DNA of 64,000 nucleotides from Eledone cirrhosa (lineage: Eukaryota), in the NCBI GenBank assembly GCA_964016885.1, contig CAXHJY010000079.1, forward strand, positions 159,096 through 223,095. Direction: 5' to 3'. Position 1 is the first letter of the stretch. The number at the start of each line of letters is the position of its first letter. Shown here one piece after another: positions 1 to 12,823 of the stretch. The notes under the pieces are model-generated. The model did not search any database and was not told where the DNA came from. It worked only from the letters and a program-made list of their open reading frames with translations. The position numbers and the translations under genes are program-made.

Positions 1-595
1 AGAGTGCGAGAGAGAGAGGTATGTAGTGGTATATAGAGAGGGGGAGAGAATTTGGTGGCTGAGTGAGAGAGTAAGGTATGTAATGGGTTATAGAGAGGGG
101 TGAGAGTTTATTGACCAAGTGAGAAATGGGGAGCTAAGAGAGTGAGGTAAGTAGTGGAATATATAGAGGGAGAGAGTTTGTTGGTTTAGTGAGAGAGGGG
201 GAATTTCGAGAGTGAGTGAGGTACGTAGTGGGATATAGAGAGCGGGAGAGAATTTGTTGGTTTAGTGAGAGAGGGTATTGTGAGAGTGAGAGAGAATGAA
301 GTATGTATTGGAATATAGAGAGGGAGAGAGAATCTTTTGGTCTAATGAGAGAGGGGGAATTAAGAGAGTGAGGTATGTAGTGGTATAAAATGAGGGGGGG
401 GAGAGTTTTTTGATTTAGTGAGAGAGGGATAATTGTGAGAGTGAGGTATGCAGTGGGACAGAGAGGGGGAGAGAGTTTTGTGGTTTAGTGAGAGAGGGAT
501 AATTGTGAGAGTGAGGTATGTAGTCGGATATAGAGAGGGGGAGAGAATTTGGTGGTTTAGTGAGAGAGGGATAATATTTTGAGAGAGAGAGTGAC
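1..595. repeat. Degenerate purine-rich tandem repeat (~60 bp units)
   Basis: Recurrent GGTTTAGTGAGAGAGGG...GTGAGAGTGAGGTATGTAGTGG blocks about every 60 bp. Confidence 0.75.
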
Positions 596-962
596 AAAAT
601 AATTGTAGGATGGACGAAAAATGTTTTAATATTGGGTTTCGCAGTAAAGTGTGTGTGTGTGCATGTGCGCGTGTGTGTTTATATATGTGTGTGTGTGTTT
701 ATATGTGTGTGTGTATATTATACATGTGTACGTGTTTGCATGTTTCTATATATATATGTGTGTGTGTGTTTATATATATATATTTGTGTGTGTATGCGTT
801 TATTTATATATAAATATATGTGTTTATTTACATAGGTGTGCGTTTATATGTATGTATGTTTGTATGTTTATATGTGTGTATGTGTGTGTACCTGTGTGCT
901 TGTATATGTTTGCGCGTGTATGTGTGTTTGTTTGTATATATGTGCGTGTTTGTTTTTGTATA

Positions 963-1255
963 TCTAAGGCGGGTAAAATTCCCGAGATCCATGGACGAGT
1001 TCTCTCAGCGGTCTCTGTCCCTCATTATCGCTGCCATGTCCTGCGTCTCCAACAGACCAGTGTATGTCCTTAGGGCATCAACATACGTTAACCTTGGTCT
1101 TTCTCTTCTAGTGTGTCTATGTAGGGGCTCCCAAAGGAGCACTGAGTGCAATGTCAACTCTGGATGTCGGTGAGCATGTCCAGCTAACCTCAGTCTCCTC
1201 TGTGCCACTTTTGAGCTGACTTTTGGGATGCTCCCATATAGCTCTGAGTTTTTCA
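963..1255 (-). mobile_element. RTE-type LINE 3' fragment (RT C-terminus)
   Basis: Translation [24 protein letters not shown]...WEP...[10 protein letters not shown] resembles the RTE C-terminal RRLRxxGH/GRP motifs; second copy at 12531-12823. Confidence 0.85.
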
Positions 1256-1354
1256 ACCTCAGTGTATATATGTATGTATATGTATAAATGAATATATGAA
1301 CGTGTGTATGTATCCATGTATATATCTGTGTACGTATGTATGAATGTATATATC

Positions 1355-1397
<43 letters not shown>

Positions 1398-1403
1398 GTG
1401 TAC

Positions 1404-1447
<44 letters not shown>

Positions 1448-1448
1448 A

Positions 1449-1479
<31 letters not shown>

Positions 1480-1790
1480 GGAGGCACGTGGTTTAGTGGT
1501 TAGAGCATTGACCTTGCAATCAAAAGGTTGTGAGTTCAATCCTCAGACTGGTGATGTGTTTTCCTTGAGCACTTTATTTCACATTGCTCCAGTTTACTCA
1601 GCTGTAGAAATGAAATGATAGGGACTGGGATCCTTATCATTCCACTGCAAAGTGGTCGTGGAGGTGCCACGGCAAAAAAGCACACAGTACTCACTGTAAA
1701 TGAGCTTGGTGTTAGGAAGGGCATCCAGCTCTAGAAATCCCGTCCCACCCTTGCAAGCAGGGAAAAGCGGAGGTAAAATGATCATGATGT
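1480..1790 (+). mobile_element. tRNA-derived SINE family D, full length with LINE-type tail
   Basis: A box TGGTTTAGTGG, B box GAGTTCAATCC, core CCTTGAGC..TTTATTTCACATTGCTCCAG; 3' CCCACCCTTGCAAGCAGGGAAAAGCGGA.GTAAAATGAT tail shared with the LINE at 8483-8772. Confidence 0.85.
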
Positions 1791-1850
1791 ATATATATAT
1801 ATGTGTGTACATTATATATATATATATATCTGTGTACATATGTATATACA

Positions 1851-2223
1851 TTCTAGGAGAAGGAAAACTCTGATATAACACCTGCAACCCTAATGGTATC
1901 CAATGATGTTGACTTGTTCTTCTTTTGGTAAATATCATCTTGGTTAAGAGAGTGGGACTGGCTTTGTGCAGTGCCTTTGCTCACTATAAAAGCTTTACGG
2001 CACAGGCATTGCTTTATATCTGGAGATCTCTCTGCACTTGTCGTCACATGGTACCATGGGCCCAGCACTATGTGACAATAATTGTCACAAGTGTAGTGTT
2101 TGTACCAGAGTCTTCAAGTCGCTGGCTGGACTAAAAAGTCACACTCGTTCAGCGCATCGGTAGGGGTTCTCCTACATGGATATAAAGTAGTGGCCGTACT
2201 CGAAAACGAGTTGGCAGCCACCA
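1851..2223 (+). mobile_element. Non-autonomous retroelement family C, 5'-truncated
   Basis: Near-identical to 61486-61858; begins with CTAGGAGAAGGAAAACTCTG (RTE 5'UTR-like motif); microsatellite flanks. Confidence 0.75.
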
Positions 2224-2258
2224 TATATCTGTGTACATATGTATATATATCTGTGTAC

Positions 2259-2339
<81 letters not shown>

Positions 2340-2553
2340 GGCATGATACTTTCTTCTCGGCTCCATCCCTGTATTACTGTCATGTGAAAAAACCGTAATA
2401 ACAATTCTGCGATAGGTTAAGCCTGTCGGCTGTGTAGCTTTAACATGTCTAACAGCAGAATGAACAACTATTCTATGGATGTTTGTCTCTATCAATAGGT
2501 GACACTGAATGAATCTTGTTAAAGTTTATTCAGTCGTGATTTGTATTTTTGTC

Positions 2554-2642
<89 letters not shown>

Positions 2643-2719
2643 GTATGTGTAGATATGTGTGTATATATATATGTATAAATATATGTGTGAGTGTATATAT
2701 GTATAAATATATATGTAGA

Positions 2720-2807
2720 GGTTATAATCTTCCTTGGTGGCCCTTGAAATATGTATAATGAAATAAATATGGTTTTATAAATATCGTTTCCATTTGTTAA
2801 TATATCG

Positions 2808-2810
<3 letters not shown>
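2720..2810 (+). mobile_element. PLE terminal fragment family H (3' half of hammerhead)
   Basis: Matches 45204-45277 (CCTTGAAATATGTATAATGAAATAAATATGG...). Confidence 0.7.
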
Positions 2811-2835
<25 letters not shown>

Positions 2836-2838
<3 letters not shown>

Positions 2839-3029
2839 AGAGTCAGGACCCCGACGGCTGAGCTCCGGCCGTTTCGACAGTTAGATCAGTTCAGATCTAG
2901 ATGTCGAAACGGCCGGAGCTCAGCCGTCGGGGTCCTGACTCTTTTCCTATTACCCACTCTACTACCCAAAGTATTGAGTACTTTGGTGCGTTATGGTCCA
3001 CCTGGTTCCTTACCACACTTTCTTTGTTA
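2836..3029 (+). mobile_element. PLE terminal fragment family B with fold-back inversion and HHR 3' half
   Basis: ~45 bp perfect inverted repeat (GAAAAGAGTCAGGACCCCGACGGCTGAGCTCCGGCCGTTTCGACA and its complement); GAAACGGC..GCCGTC-GGGG as in the Naiad HHR at 52019; flanked by (TA)n. Confidence 0.8.
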
Positions 3030-3049
3030 TATATATATATATGTTTTGT

Positions 3050-3277
3050 TTGTCGTTGTTACAGCTCACACCTATGCACGTTTAGCTGGTCTCCTCCAAG
3101 GTATATCTCGTTAGAGGTGTCTTGGGTGATTTAATGATAGGGACCCCAGTCTTATGTTCTCATTTCTACAGATGAGTAAACTGGAGCAACGTGAAATAAA
3201 GTGTCTTGCTCAAGGAAACAACACATCACCCGGTCCGAGAATTGAAGCCCAATGCTCTAACCACCAAGCCATGCGCC

Positions 3278-3278
<1 letters not shown>
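3050..3278 (-). mobile_element. SINE family D, alternative tail type
   Basis: Reverse complement of the family D head and core; tail shared with 9730-9975. Confidence 0.8.
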
Positions 3279-3330
<52 letters not shown>

Positions 3331-4187
3331 ATTGCATAGATATAGTGAAGCATTCTGAGATAGGTAATAAATAACAGAGTTTTGTGAAAGGTGGTACCAT
3401 GTATATAGAAATGTCTAGATCATTATTTCCTTCTCCCCCCCTCCCTCTGGAAGAAATCAACAATATCCTAGCCTGGAATAAGATGCCAGGTTTAAATATC
3501 AGAATGACGCCTCTATCATTCAATTAGCAGAAAATATATAAAAACAAGTTTCTTAATTCAAATGCTTATAGTATATTTAAAGGCGGACAGATTGTTGTGA
3601 CAATATGCAGTATTAGAGTAAAGACATTAATTTGTAATGTGGTACAATCGTAATGCAGTTTTGTCTCCTGAATATGGCTTCATGTGGAAGAGTATGTTAA
3701 GAGCTAAGGCTCCATTCAGATATAGATGTGTGTATTTATTATATAAGATTATTATGCTTACCTTAAATGCTTAAGATTATGTTGTTAAATAAAAACAACA
3801 TTCCATTTAGTAAAACGTCCAATGATCTTCAGGTGTGACAAATACAGGAGGCAGGAAGGAAGAAAAGAAAAAAAAAGAAGAGAAACAATGAAGCAGAGAA
3901 TAAAACCGTGTCAAAGGTGAAACATACAAAATATAGGAATTTTCAATAACTCGGAAGAATAAATAGACATAGGTAGAAAGATAAAAGAATGATGAATGCA
4001 GGCTTATACACACACACACATATATATATATATGGATGGATGGATGTATACACACATTTTTGAACACTCAATGATATATATAGGGATATCCACTTTCCTA
4101 CAAAAACAGATTTTACTTTTAATCACATCAACATTGCATTGAGTTCTACAATGGCTATACATCCTATCTCAATTAGATAGAACACCA

Positions 4188-4251
<64 letters not shown>

Positions 4252-5285
4252 GAATTAACAAAAGAAGAGTGGAGGAACTGCGTGTGTCACATCATATAAT
4301 AATTGTTTTTACTTTTGGCACAAGGCCAGCAATTATTCCAGTACATTACTGGTACTTTATATCACAGATGATATTATAATATTGACAACATGACATGCAC
4401 AATACTGCCCGGTCATTGGTCATCAAAATGGACACACACAGACTTGACCTCCACCGATTTCAGTGCTGGTCAATCCCGGACCACAATGTCTAACCAGTTA
4501 ACCAAACATTGACATTAAACGACCAAGACGAAACAAGACTAACGTAACGTGTGTAGATTGAAATGTAGGACATCTATATATGTCCAAAATATTACATAAA
4601 CGACCTGCGAAACACGGAGACCAAGACACACACACATAGAGAATGTGACACTCAGAGAGGAAATATTTGATTGCTTTTAACCATCACAAGATGGTTTGGA
4701 AGACATACACACCTTTACGCTCCTAACAGTGATGTTAGCTTTGTTATGGTCTGATGCACATATCCTGGCAGCTTTGCACTGACAAACACACGTCCTCTCA
4801 AAATACATAAGGATTATTTCTCTTTCAAAACCACTCTCATATCGGAGATACCTTTTGACCTGAACATTCTAAAAAATGGCTAACTAAACAGATACATACT
4901 TTTTCCTTCTCAACGATGTATGTGAGGGTTTGTATCTTTTTTCTGTTTGTGTCTTATGTTTCTCTATTCTATCTTCAGTCATTAAATTACGGATTTTATT
5001 CCGGATCAGTAGGACATACTCCTTTAGGAAAGCCCCCTGTACTGATAGGAACTGTATCGTTGGTAAGATAAGCCCACAGATAAACTGTAAAACTAGAAAT
5101 GTAGTTATCAGCATGCTAAACTAGAACACGACGGCTCAATAGATAACAGAAATAAGGATCCTATTCACACACAGAACTGGCGCAACATTCAGACAAATTA
5201 TGGAGGCCACACACATAACAGAAGATAGTCATAGCCTGAATAGAACACATGAGTGGAATAGTAACAGTCCGCAACTTAATGACTG

Positions 5286-5317
<32 letters not shown>

Positions 5318-5708
5318 ACTCAAACGAACCCCCTCAAAACAGAAAACTTGACAAACAGAAAACGCTCGTAGGCGCAGGCGCACACAAATGCGCAGACACG
5401 AAACACACACACGTGCCGCAAAACAAAAACAAGACGGAGTAGAAGTTTAAGATCAGGAAAAAGAAGAGGCACAACAGAGATAATCTTTTAAGAGGTTACA
5501 AAACGTGTGACGAAAGAAACTTTGGCAAACAATTGAATGATTCTTTCTACTTTTAGCACAAGGCCAGGAATTACCGCAGTGTATTACTGGTACTTTATTT
5601 ATCGACCCTGTAAGGATGAAAGGCAAAGTTAAGAAATAAATGAATAATGAACGATAAAGTGAATATAATATGATGCAAGCGTTTCTTTCTATTGGCAACA
5701 TGACAATC

Positions 5709-5797
<89 letters not shown>

Positions 5798-5803
<6 letters not shown>

Positions 5804-5873
5804 GTCCCCAAAAATGTATACACACTTCAACAGCATTCTAATCAGAGTATGTATATATTTTTGGGGAACACTA
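5798..5873. mobile_element. Tiny Tc1/mariner-like MITE
   Basis: Imperfect TIRs AGGGTGTCCCCAAAAATGTATAC...GTATATATTTTTGGGGAACACT in TA context. Confidence 0.65.
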
Positions 5874-5906
5874 TATATGTGTCCTAAAACGATGATGATG
5901 ATCATA

Positions 5907-5961
<55 letters not shown>

Positions 5962-5963
5962 TA

Positions 5964-6054
5964 CAGGGTGTCCCCCCCAAAATGTATACACACTTTGATT
6001 ATATGTACAGGCAATATTTACTTGAATGGTATATACATTTTTCGGGACACCCTG
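5964..6054. mobile_element. Tiny Tc1/mariner-like MITE
   Basis: TIRs CAGGGTGTCCC..AAAATGTATAC / ATACATTTTTCGGGACACCCTG with TA on both sides. Confidence 0.75.
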
Positions 6055-6420
6055 TATATATGTATATATACATACATGTGAGCATGGGAACAGTCCTAAA
6101 AACGATGATCGTGATCATGATAATATATATATACGTGTGTATATATATATATATCGTATATATGTATATATATGTATGTAGGACCATACAGTTTATTGAT
6201 ATAAATATTGAAGCTGCTATACGTAGGTAGCATATAGTGATGACATCTCAGGAGGCAGTTACTACAAGGTTTTACCTAAAGCAAACTGACTGCTGTTTGA
6301 CAGCTGATGACAGCAAACTTGGCTATCTACATCTCTCTCTCTTCTCTCTACCCCCCTCTCTCTATCTATATATATATATAGATAGATATATCTAATGTGT
6401 ATGTACTTACACACACACAT

Positions 6421-6471
<51 letters not shown>

Positions 6472-6535
6472 TATATATATGTGTACGAATGGGTACATAC
6501 ATATATAATGTGTGTGTGTATATATGTTTGTGTGT

Positions 6536-6572
<37 letters not shown>

Positions 6573-6574
<2 letters not shown>

Positions 6575-6754
6575 ATTGTTTCTACTTTAGGCACAAGGCC
6601 AGCAAATACCAGTACATTACTGGTACTTTATTTTATCGACCCCGTAAGGATGAAAGGCAAAGTCAACCTCGGTGGGATTTGAACTCAGATCGTAAAGGGA
6701 CGTAACTATGCTGGAAAGCATGGCGTCCGACCCTCCACCGATACTGCCAATCCA

Positions 6755-6756
<2 letters not shown>
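6573..6756 (-). mobile_element. tRNA-derived SINE family E
   Basis: Minus strand has B box GAGTTCAAATCCC and core TTTGCCTTTCATCCTTACGGGGTCGATAAAATAAAGTACCAG (Deu/Nin-like from memory); other copies near 4300, 5540, 6812, 16555, 16787, 18925, 21805, 34440, 49480, 63685. Confidence 0.85.
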
Positions 6757-6799
<43 letters not shown>

Positions 6800-6941
6800 G
6801 TGTGTATATTTATAATTGTTTCTACTTTAGGCACAAAGCCAACAATTTGTAGGTGAGGGGGAAGTCGATTAAATAGACCCCAGTGCATTACTGGTACTTT
6901 ATTTTATTGACCCTGTAAGGATGAAAGGGTCAATAAAAGGG

Positions 6942-7390
6942 AGGGTCTTGGAGGCAGAGTCCTTCCAGCATGTTCTCTCAGAAGCAACTGTCTCCAATTG
7001 ATCTGGCTGGATCCCCAAACAAATCCAGCTGAGCTTATGGATGTTATCCAACCATTTTGCTCAGCGTCTACCCCTGGGTCTCCTGCCAGTTGATTTTTGC
7101 CTGTAAAATCTGTCCATAATACCAGAGCTGTGATCTCTCAATTTGGAGAAGTAGGGGCTCTACCAGAAGTGACTCTCTGATCTCCGAACTACGCATTCTA
7201 TCATGAAACATTACTCCACACTTTGGAGGAATCCTATTTCAGCTACTTGTATTTGCAATCATATTTTTTCTGTCATTACCCAAAATTCACGACCACATAT
7301 AAGGGTTGACAAGAATACTGAATTGAAGATAGCAAGTTTAGCTTTTACCCCTACCTCCCTTCTGATGACTGAAGCAAGTTGTTTCGACAC
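6942..7390 (-). mobile_element. Degenerate RTE (Expander/Rex3-like) LINE 3' fragment
   Basis: Minus translation DRMRSSEIRESLLVEPLLLQIERSQL...GRRPRGRR*AKWLDNIHKLSWICLGIQPDQLETVASERTCW; contains a stop and frameshifts. Confidence 0.75.
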
Positions 7391-7639
7391 ATAAGTTTAT
7401 TTTCTGTAATGAATTCATTCAGATAATCTCCATTTCTGTCTGTTGTATGATGGAAGTTGACCAGTGGGACATATCACCCTGAATCATCAAAACATTGTCT
7501 TGTAGCTAGTCAACATTCTGGCTTAGGTGGAATAGGTTGTCATGGTCCAACCCCAGATGGATTAAACCTTCACCTCGATTTGCTTGTACATTCCATATTT
7601 GGCATAGTTTCTATGGACAGATGGCCTTCCTAATGCAAA

Positions 7640-7931
7640 CCCCATTACAGGGTGTACTAAGTATATTTTCCTATGGTACCAATACTACCCCATTACAGGG
7701 TGTACTAAGTATATTTTCCTATGGTACCAATACTACCGCATTACAGGGTGTACTAAGTATATTTTCCTATGGTACTAATACTACCCCATTACAGGGTGTA
7801 CTAAGTATATTTTCCTATGGTACTAATACTACCCCATTACAGGGTGTACTAAGTATATTTTCCTATGGTACTAATACTACCCCATTACAGGGTGTACTAA
7901 GTATATTTTCCTATGGTACCAATACTACCCC
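7640..7931. repeat. 48-bp minisatellite, ~6 copies
   Basis: Unit CCCCATTACAGGGTGTACTAAGTATATTTTCCTATGGTAC(C/T)AATACTA. Confidence 0.95.
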
Positions 7932-8450
7932 GAACTGGTTGCTTTTTATCATGACACCAGCACTAGTACTTTAGAATAATCTAAATAATATTACAAATGA
8001 AGCTAGAGGCCAGATTTAGACACAGGGGCCCTTCATTGCCAACCTCCTACTCTAGGTAGTTATTTTGATTTGCTAGAAATAACAGCTGAATATCACTCAA
8101 GTCACATCAAACTATCTTGAAAATGGGAAGGACAAGGAACACATTTGATAATTTAGTCCTAGATATAGACATGGTAAAAATAATGGGGTTATCACATCTT
8201 AATATAAGTCTATCTAATAAGAATTAACTGGGGGATAAGTAACAATAACAACAATATTGTTTATGTGCTCTAAGTGTTTTCTTTATTTGCCTGGATTGAG
8301 ACTGTTTTAACACCAAAATTAATGAAGCTCATAAAATGTCTGAGATGAATGATTGATAATCAAAATTTTAATTATTTTGATTAATTAACCTATCTTTTGA
8401 GTTTATATTTACTATATAAATATATGTGTGTGTGTCTCCATGTTTATATC

Positions 8451-8482
<32 letters not shown>

Positions 8483-8486
<4 letters not shown>

Positions 8487-8769
8487 GATTGAGATGGTAT
8501 GGACATGTGATGCGCATGGAGGATGACCGCTGGGTAAAGAAGTGCCAAGAAATCCCAGTAGAAGGAAGACACAGTAGAGGAAGACCACGAAAAACATGGG
8601 CGGAGGTGGTGAGAGCAGATCTCAGATTGCTGAAACTCACGGAGAAGATGACGAACGACCGTGACAAGTGGGGAGATGCTGTGCTGAATAGGACCCATCC
8701 CACCCTTGCAAGCAGGGAAAAGCGGACGTAAAATGTTGCAAGCAGGGAAAAGCGGACGTAAAATGATGA

Positions 8770-8772
<3 letters not shown>
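8483..8772 (+). mobile_element. RTE-type LINE 3' end with duplicated tail and (GAT)n
   Basis: RRLRWYGHVMRMEDDRWVKK...GRHSRGRPRKTW...DRDKW then stop; TTGCAAGCAGGGAAAAGCGGACGTAAAATG occurs twice in tandem. Confidence 0.9.
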
Positions 8773-8812
<40 letters not shown>

Positions 8813-9691
8813 TATATTTACTATTCATCATCATTGTTTAACTTATCTGGTGTTTTTACCTCACAGATGTTCTGATACAGACCAAACAACTCTACTTCAC
8901 TTATCTGGTGTTCTACTACAGATCAAATAACTCTACTCCAGTTCTCTGGTGTTTTTACCTTACAGATGTTCTACTACAGATCAAATAACTACTTCACTTC
9001 TCTCATATATGTATAAAGATTTTAAAATAAGTAATTTTGTATTATAGATAAATGCAGGACAGTTTCAGGGGTTTGGTATCAAAAGGGTTAGTCTATTTTT
9101 ACATTATTTTAAGGTTGGGATTTGAGTGAGATTTGGCTATTATTTATAGCAGGTTAAGCAATAATAATTTACACGTCTGTATAGAGCTAGTAAGCCATGA
9201 TAGACTAGAGGAAATATCTAGTACTTCTTACAATTGATAAACAAAAATTTAGACAGAGATAAGTGAATATAAAAATAGAAATAAAAATAAATAAACAGGG
9301 AAAACCAGCGGGAGGCAAAATAAGCATAAAAAAAGATAAATAAAAACTGGGAAGCAAGGGAAGCTGTAAAGCAGCTAGGGGGCTCCGTTGTTGAATCTTT
9401 TCCTAACCTCTGTGTACTCAAAAATGTTGTTTATAGTTAGTTCTTTTACAATATATTGTATCTCCAATGTTGGTAGAATTTTAATGATTGTTAGTGTTAG
9501 ACTGTTTTGGGCCAAGGGAGTCATCAAACCAGAGCTTATCCTGGTTTTATGAGGTGTTAAGTGACTCAGAGTATAAAACCTCTCAAACTCACAAAGAGGC
9601 AAAGAATTGGTAGAGTCATGAGAACATCAGATAGAATGTTTTGTAGTATTCATTTCTGCTCTCTGAGTTCAAGTTCTGCCGAGGTCAACTT

Positions 9692-9729
<38 letters not shown>

Positions 9730-9732
<3 letters not shown>

Positions 9733-9975
9733 CAGCTCACACTTATGCAGGTTCAGCTGGCCTCCTCCAAGGTATATCTCATTAGAAGTGACTTGGGTGA
9801 TTTAATGATAGGGACCCCAGTCCTATCATCTCATTTCTACAGCTGAGTAAACTGGAGCAACGTGAAAATAAAGTGTCTTGCTCAAGGAAACAACACATCA
9901 CCCGGTCCGAGAATTGAACTCACAACCTTTCGATTGCAAGCCCAATGCTCTAACCACTAAACCATGCGCTTTCAC
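9730..9975 (-). mobile_element. SINE family D nested in a family E SINE
   Basis: Family E sequence on both sides; GTCAACTT duplicated at 9684-9691 and 9978-9985. Confidence 0.8.
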
Positions 9976-11003
9976 AAGTCAACTTTGCCTTTCATTGATT
10001 CAAGGTTGATAAAAAAGTACTAGTCAAGTAGTACTGGGGTTGATTCTTCCTCTATATCTCTTTCTCCCTTTCTCTCACTCTCTATCCTACTCTGGAAGAA
10101 ATCTGCTTTGTTCAAACCTGGAGAGATATGGACTCTGCCAGGTTTTAAAAACGTCCTACAAAAACTGTGTCAATACGGCACCTCTACGACTCTCCCAGGA
10201 GTTACGGGACCTTACATGCACTTCACGTTGGATGGGACACCAGACATCATAAGATCAACCTCAAGTTACTGCTAATAATATTTTCAGCTTGGTGGACTGT
10301 AACAACATCAAATGATATATATATGGCTTGCTGTAGGACACAACACTTGACCTGGTCAGGGATTCAAACCCACAACCTCATGATTGTGATGTCAACACTT
10401 TAACCACTAGTCTGTGTACCATTACAATAATGTCAACAATCTCTTCTAAGTTTACATACAGAAACATTGGTTCTTTGAACTGAGGTAAGCCTTGATCAAA
10501 CAGTTTTATAATCAAAGGTGCTCCAACTGTGACCATCCTGATTTAAAAAAATGTTTCATTCTTGATTCAGTCATATCTTGGATTTGTCTTTCATTTTCTT
10601 AAGACAGTAGAATGTGATTTAAGATGAGGAAGAAAAGGTTCAGCTGCTATTTCTAGCTGATTGAGCAACCATGTAGAAGTTCTCTGGTAGGCATTGGCTA
10701 ATAGTAGGGCAGGAGTTTGACTACAGTAGAGTATGATTTAAGGTGAGGAGGAAAAGGTTCAACTGCTATTTCTAGCAGGTCCAATGACCATGTAGAGGTT
10801 TCCTGATTGGCAGTGGTGGGGAAGTAGGTCTTCTATATCAGAGTGAAACATAGAAAATTACCAACATTCCATTCTGTTCTAAAGTGGGAGAGGGTAGGGG
10901 TTATCAGATATGTTTGTTATCTAGAGAGAGAGAGAAACCATATATATATATATATAAGTATTGGTGCGCTGATGTATATATCAGGGAAGGCGGCCGTTAA
11001 CTG

Positions 11004-11071
<68 letters not shown>

Positions 11072-11201
11072 CAGCATCATTCCAGACATTAGTCTGGAAC
11101 CCTTGTGTATAACTTAGTGGGAACTATTAGATAAATATTCAGGCCAAGGCATAACACTTTTAGCAGAGATCTCCCTCCTCTCCCTTAAACCTTCTCTCTA
11201 A

Positions 11202-11492
11202 ACAGTCACTTTGAGCTGCTAGAAATAGAAGCCAACACCTCACAGTTTTAGTAGAGACCTTGTTAATAAAGGAACTCCTACTAGACAGTCACTTTGACCT
11301 GCTAGAAATAGAAGCCAACACCTCACAGTTTTAGTAGAGACCTTGTTAATAAAGGAACTCCTACTAAACAGTCACTTTGACCTGCTAGAAATAGAAACCA
11401 ACACTTCACAGTTTTAGTAGAGACCTTGTTAATAAAGGAACTCCTACTAGACAGTCACTTTGACCTGCTAGAAATAGAAGCCAACACCTCAC
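11202..11492. repeat. 83-bp tandem repeat, ~3.5 copies
   Basis: ACAGTCACTTTGA starts at 11202, 11285, 11368, 11451; contains the dispersed motif CTGCTAGAAATAG also seen near 8070, 10645, 10763. Confidence 0.9.
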
Positions 11493-12530
11493 AATCTTTA
11501 TATAACAAAAGCTCACGTTAAATAATGTAACTATATATGTAATGCCTGAAATAAACACTGGATCATGGCTGTAATACCTTTGATCTTATATTGATTTACT
11601 TAATCAGGGATGACCTAGGGTTAAACAACAACAGTTAGGAACTGGACATAGCTTCTATTATTATAGGGTGTATATATGTACATACACAGATATACACACA
11701 TATACACATATACACATACACAGATATACACACAGATATACACACATATACACACAGATATACACACATATACACACAGATATACACACATATACACACA
11801 TATACACAGATATACACACAAATACATACATCATACACAGATTTATACAACCACACTCCCCCCACAAATGTATACACACAGACAGACACACTGACATTTA
11901 TATACACATACACAAACATGCAGATATAGACATCTATACACACCACACACCACACACACAAAGACATATATATGTATATATGTACATGTTTGTCTATGTG
12001 TATATATCATCATCATCATCGTTTTAAATGATGATATATACACATATATACATACCCACACAAACACACACATACATACATATATATATATAAATATACC
12101 ATCTACCCTCACTCACACACATATATATACCATCTACCCTCACACATCCATAATCAATATAAAGAAATGAAAGAATTGATGTCATTGAGCAGAAATAATG
12201 GATGACACCATATAATGAGGGGAATAAAAACATGTCACATCAAAGTAGTTTTTAAATGAGATCATTGTGACATTGTGTGGCACTGTATGACATTGTGTCC
12301 CTATGACACTGTGTCACTGTGACATTGTAACAATGTGTGTCCGTGACACTGTTACTGTGACAGTGTGTATGTGACATTGACTGTGTCACTATGATAATGT
12401 GACATAGTGTATCTGTGACACTGTAACAGTGACTGTGAAACCGTATTCTATAGATTCGTTTATATATACTGTACCATTTAGTAGTTAGAATATGGAAACC
12501 GTAACTTTCCAAATCAATATTTATATATAT

Positions 12531-12823
12531 GAAGAACTCAGAGCTGTTCGGGAGCCTCTCAAAAGTCAGCTTGAGAGTGGCACAGAGGTGACTGAGGTTA
12601 GCTGGACATGCTCACCGACATCCAGAGTTGACACTACACTCAATGCTCCTGTAAGAGCCCCTGCATGGACACACTGAAAGAGGAAGACCGAGGTTAAAGT
12701 ATGTTGATGTCCTAAGGACAGATACTGGTCTCTTGGAGACGCAGGGTTTGTCAGCGATAATGAGCGACAGAGACGCTGGAGAGAACTCGTCGATGGATCT
12801 CGGGAATTTTAGCCGCCCTAGAT
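12531..12823 (+). mobile_element. RTE-type LINE 3' fragment
   Basis: Homologous to 963-1255; ends in GCCGCCCTAGAT followed by TA-rich sequence. Confidence 0.85.

Noticed and set aside
1480-1550. Functional tRNA gene
   Set aside because: A and B boxes present but it continues into a multi-copy SINE body and lacks a proper acceptor stem
10095-10300. Coding-looking unique segment
   Set aside because: No recognisable domain or consistent splice sites in the frames I checked
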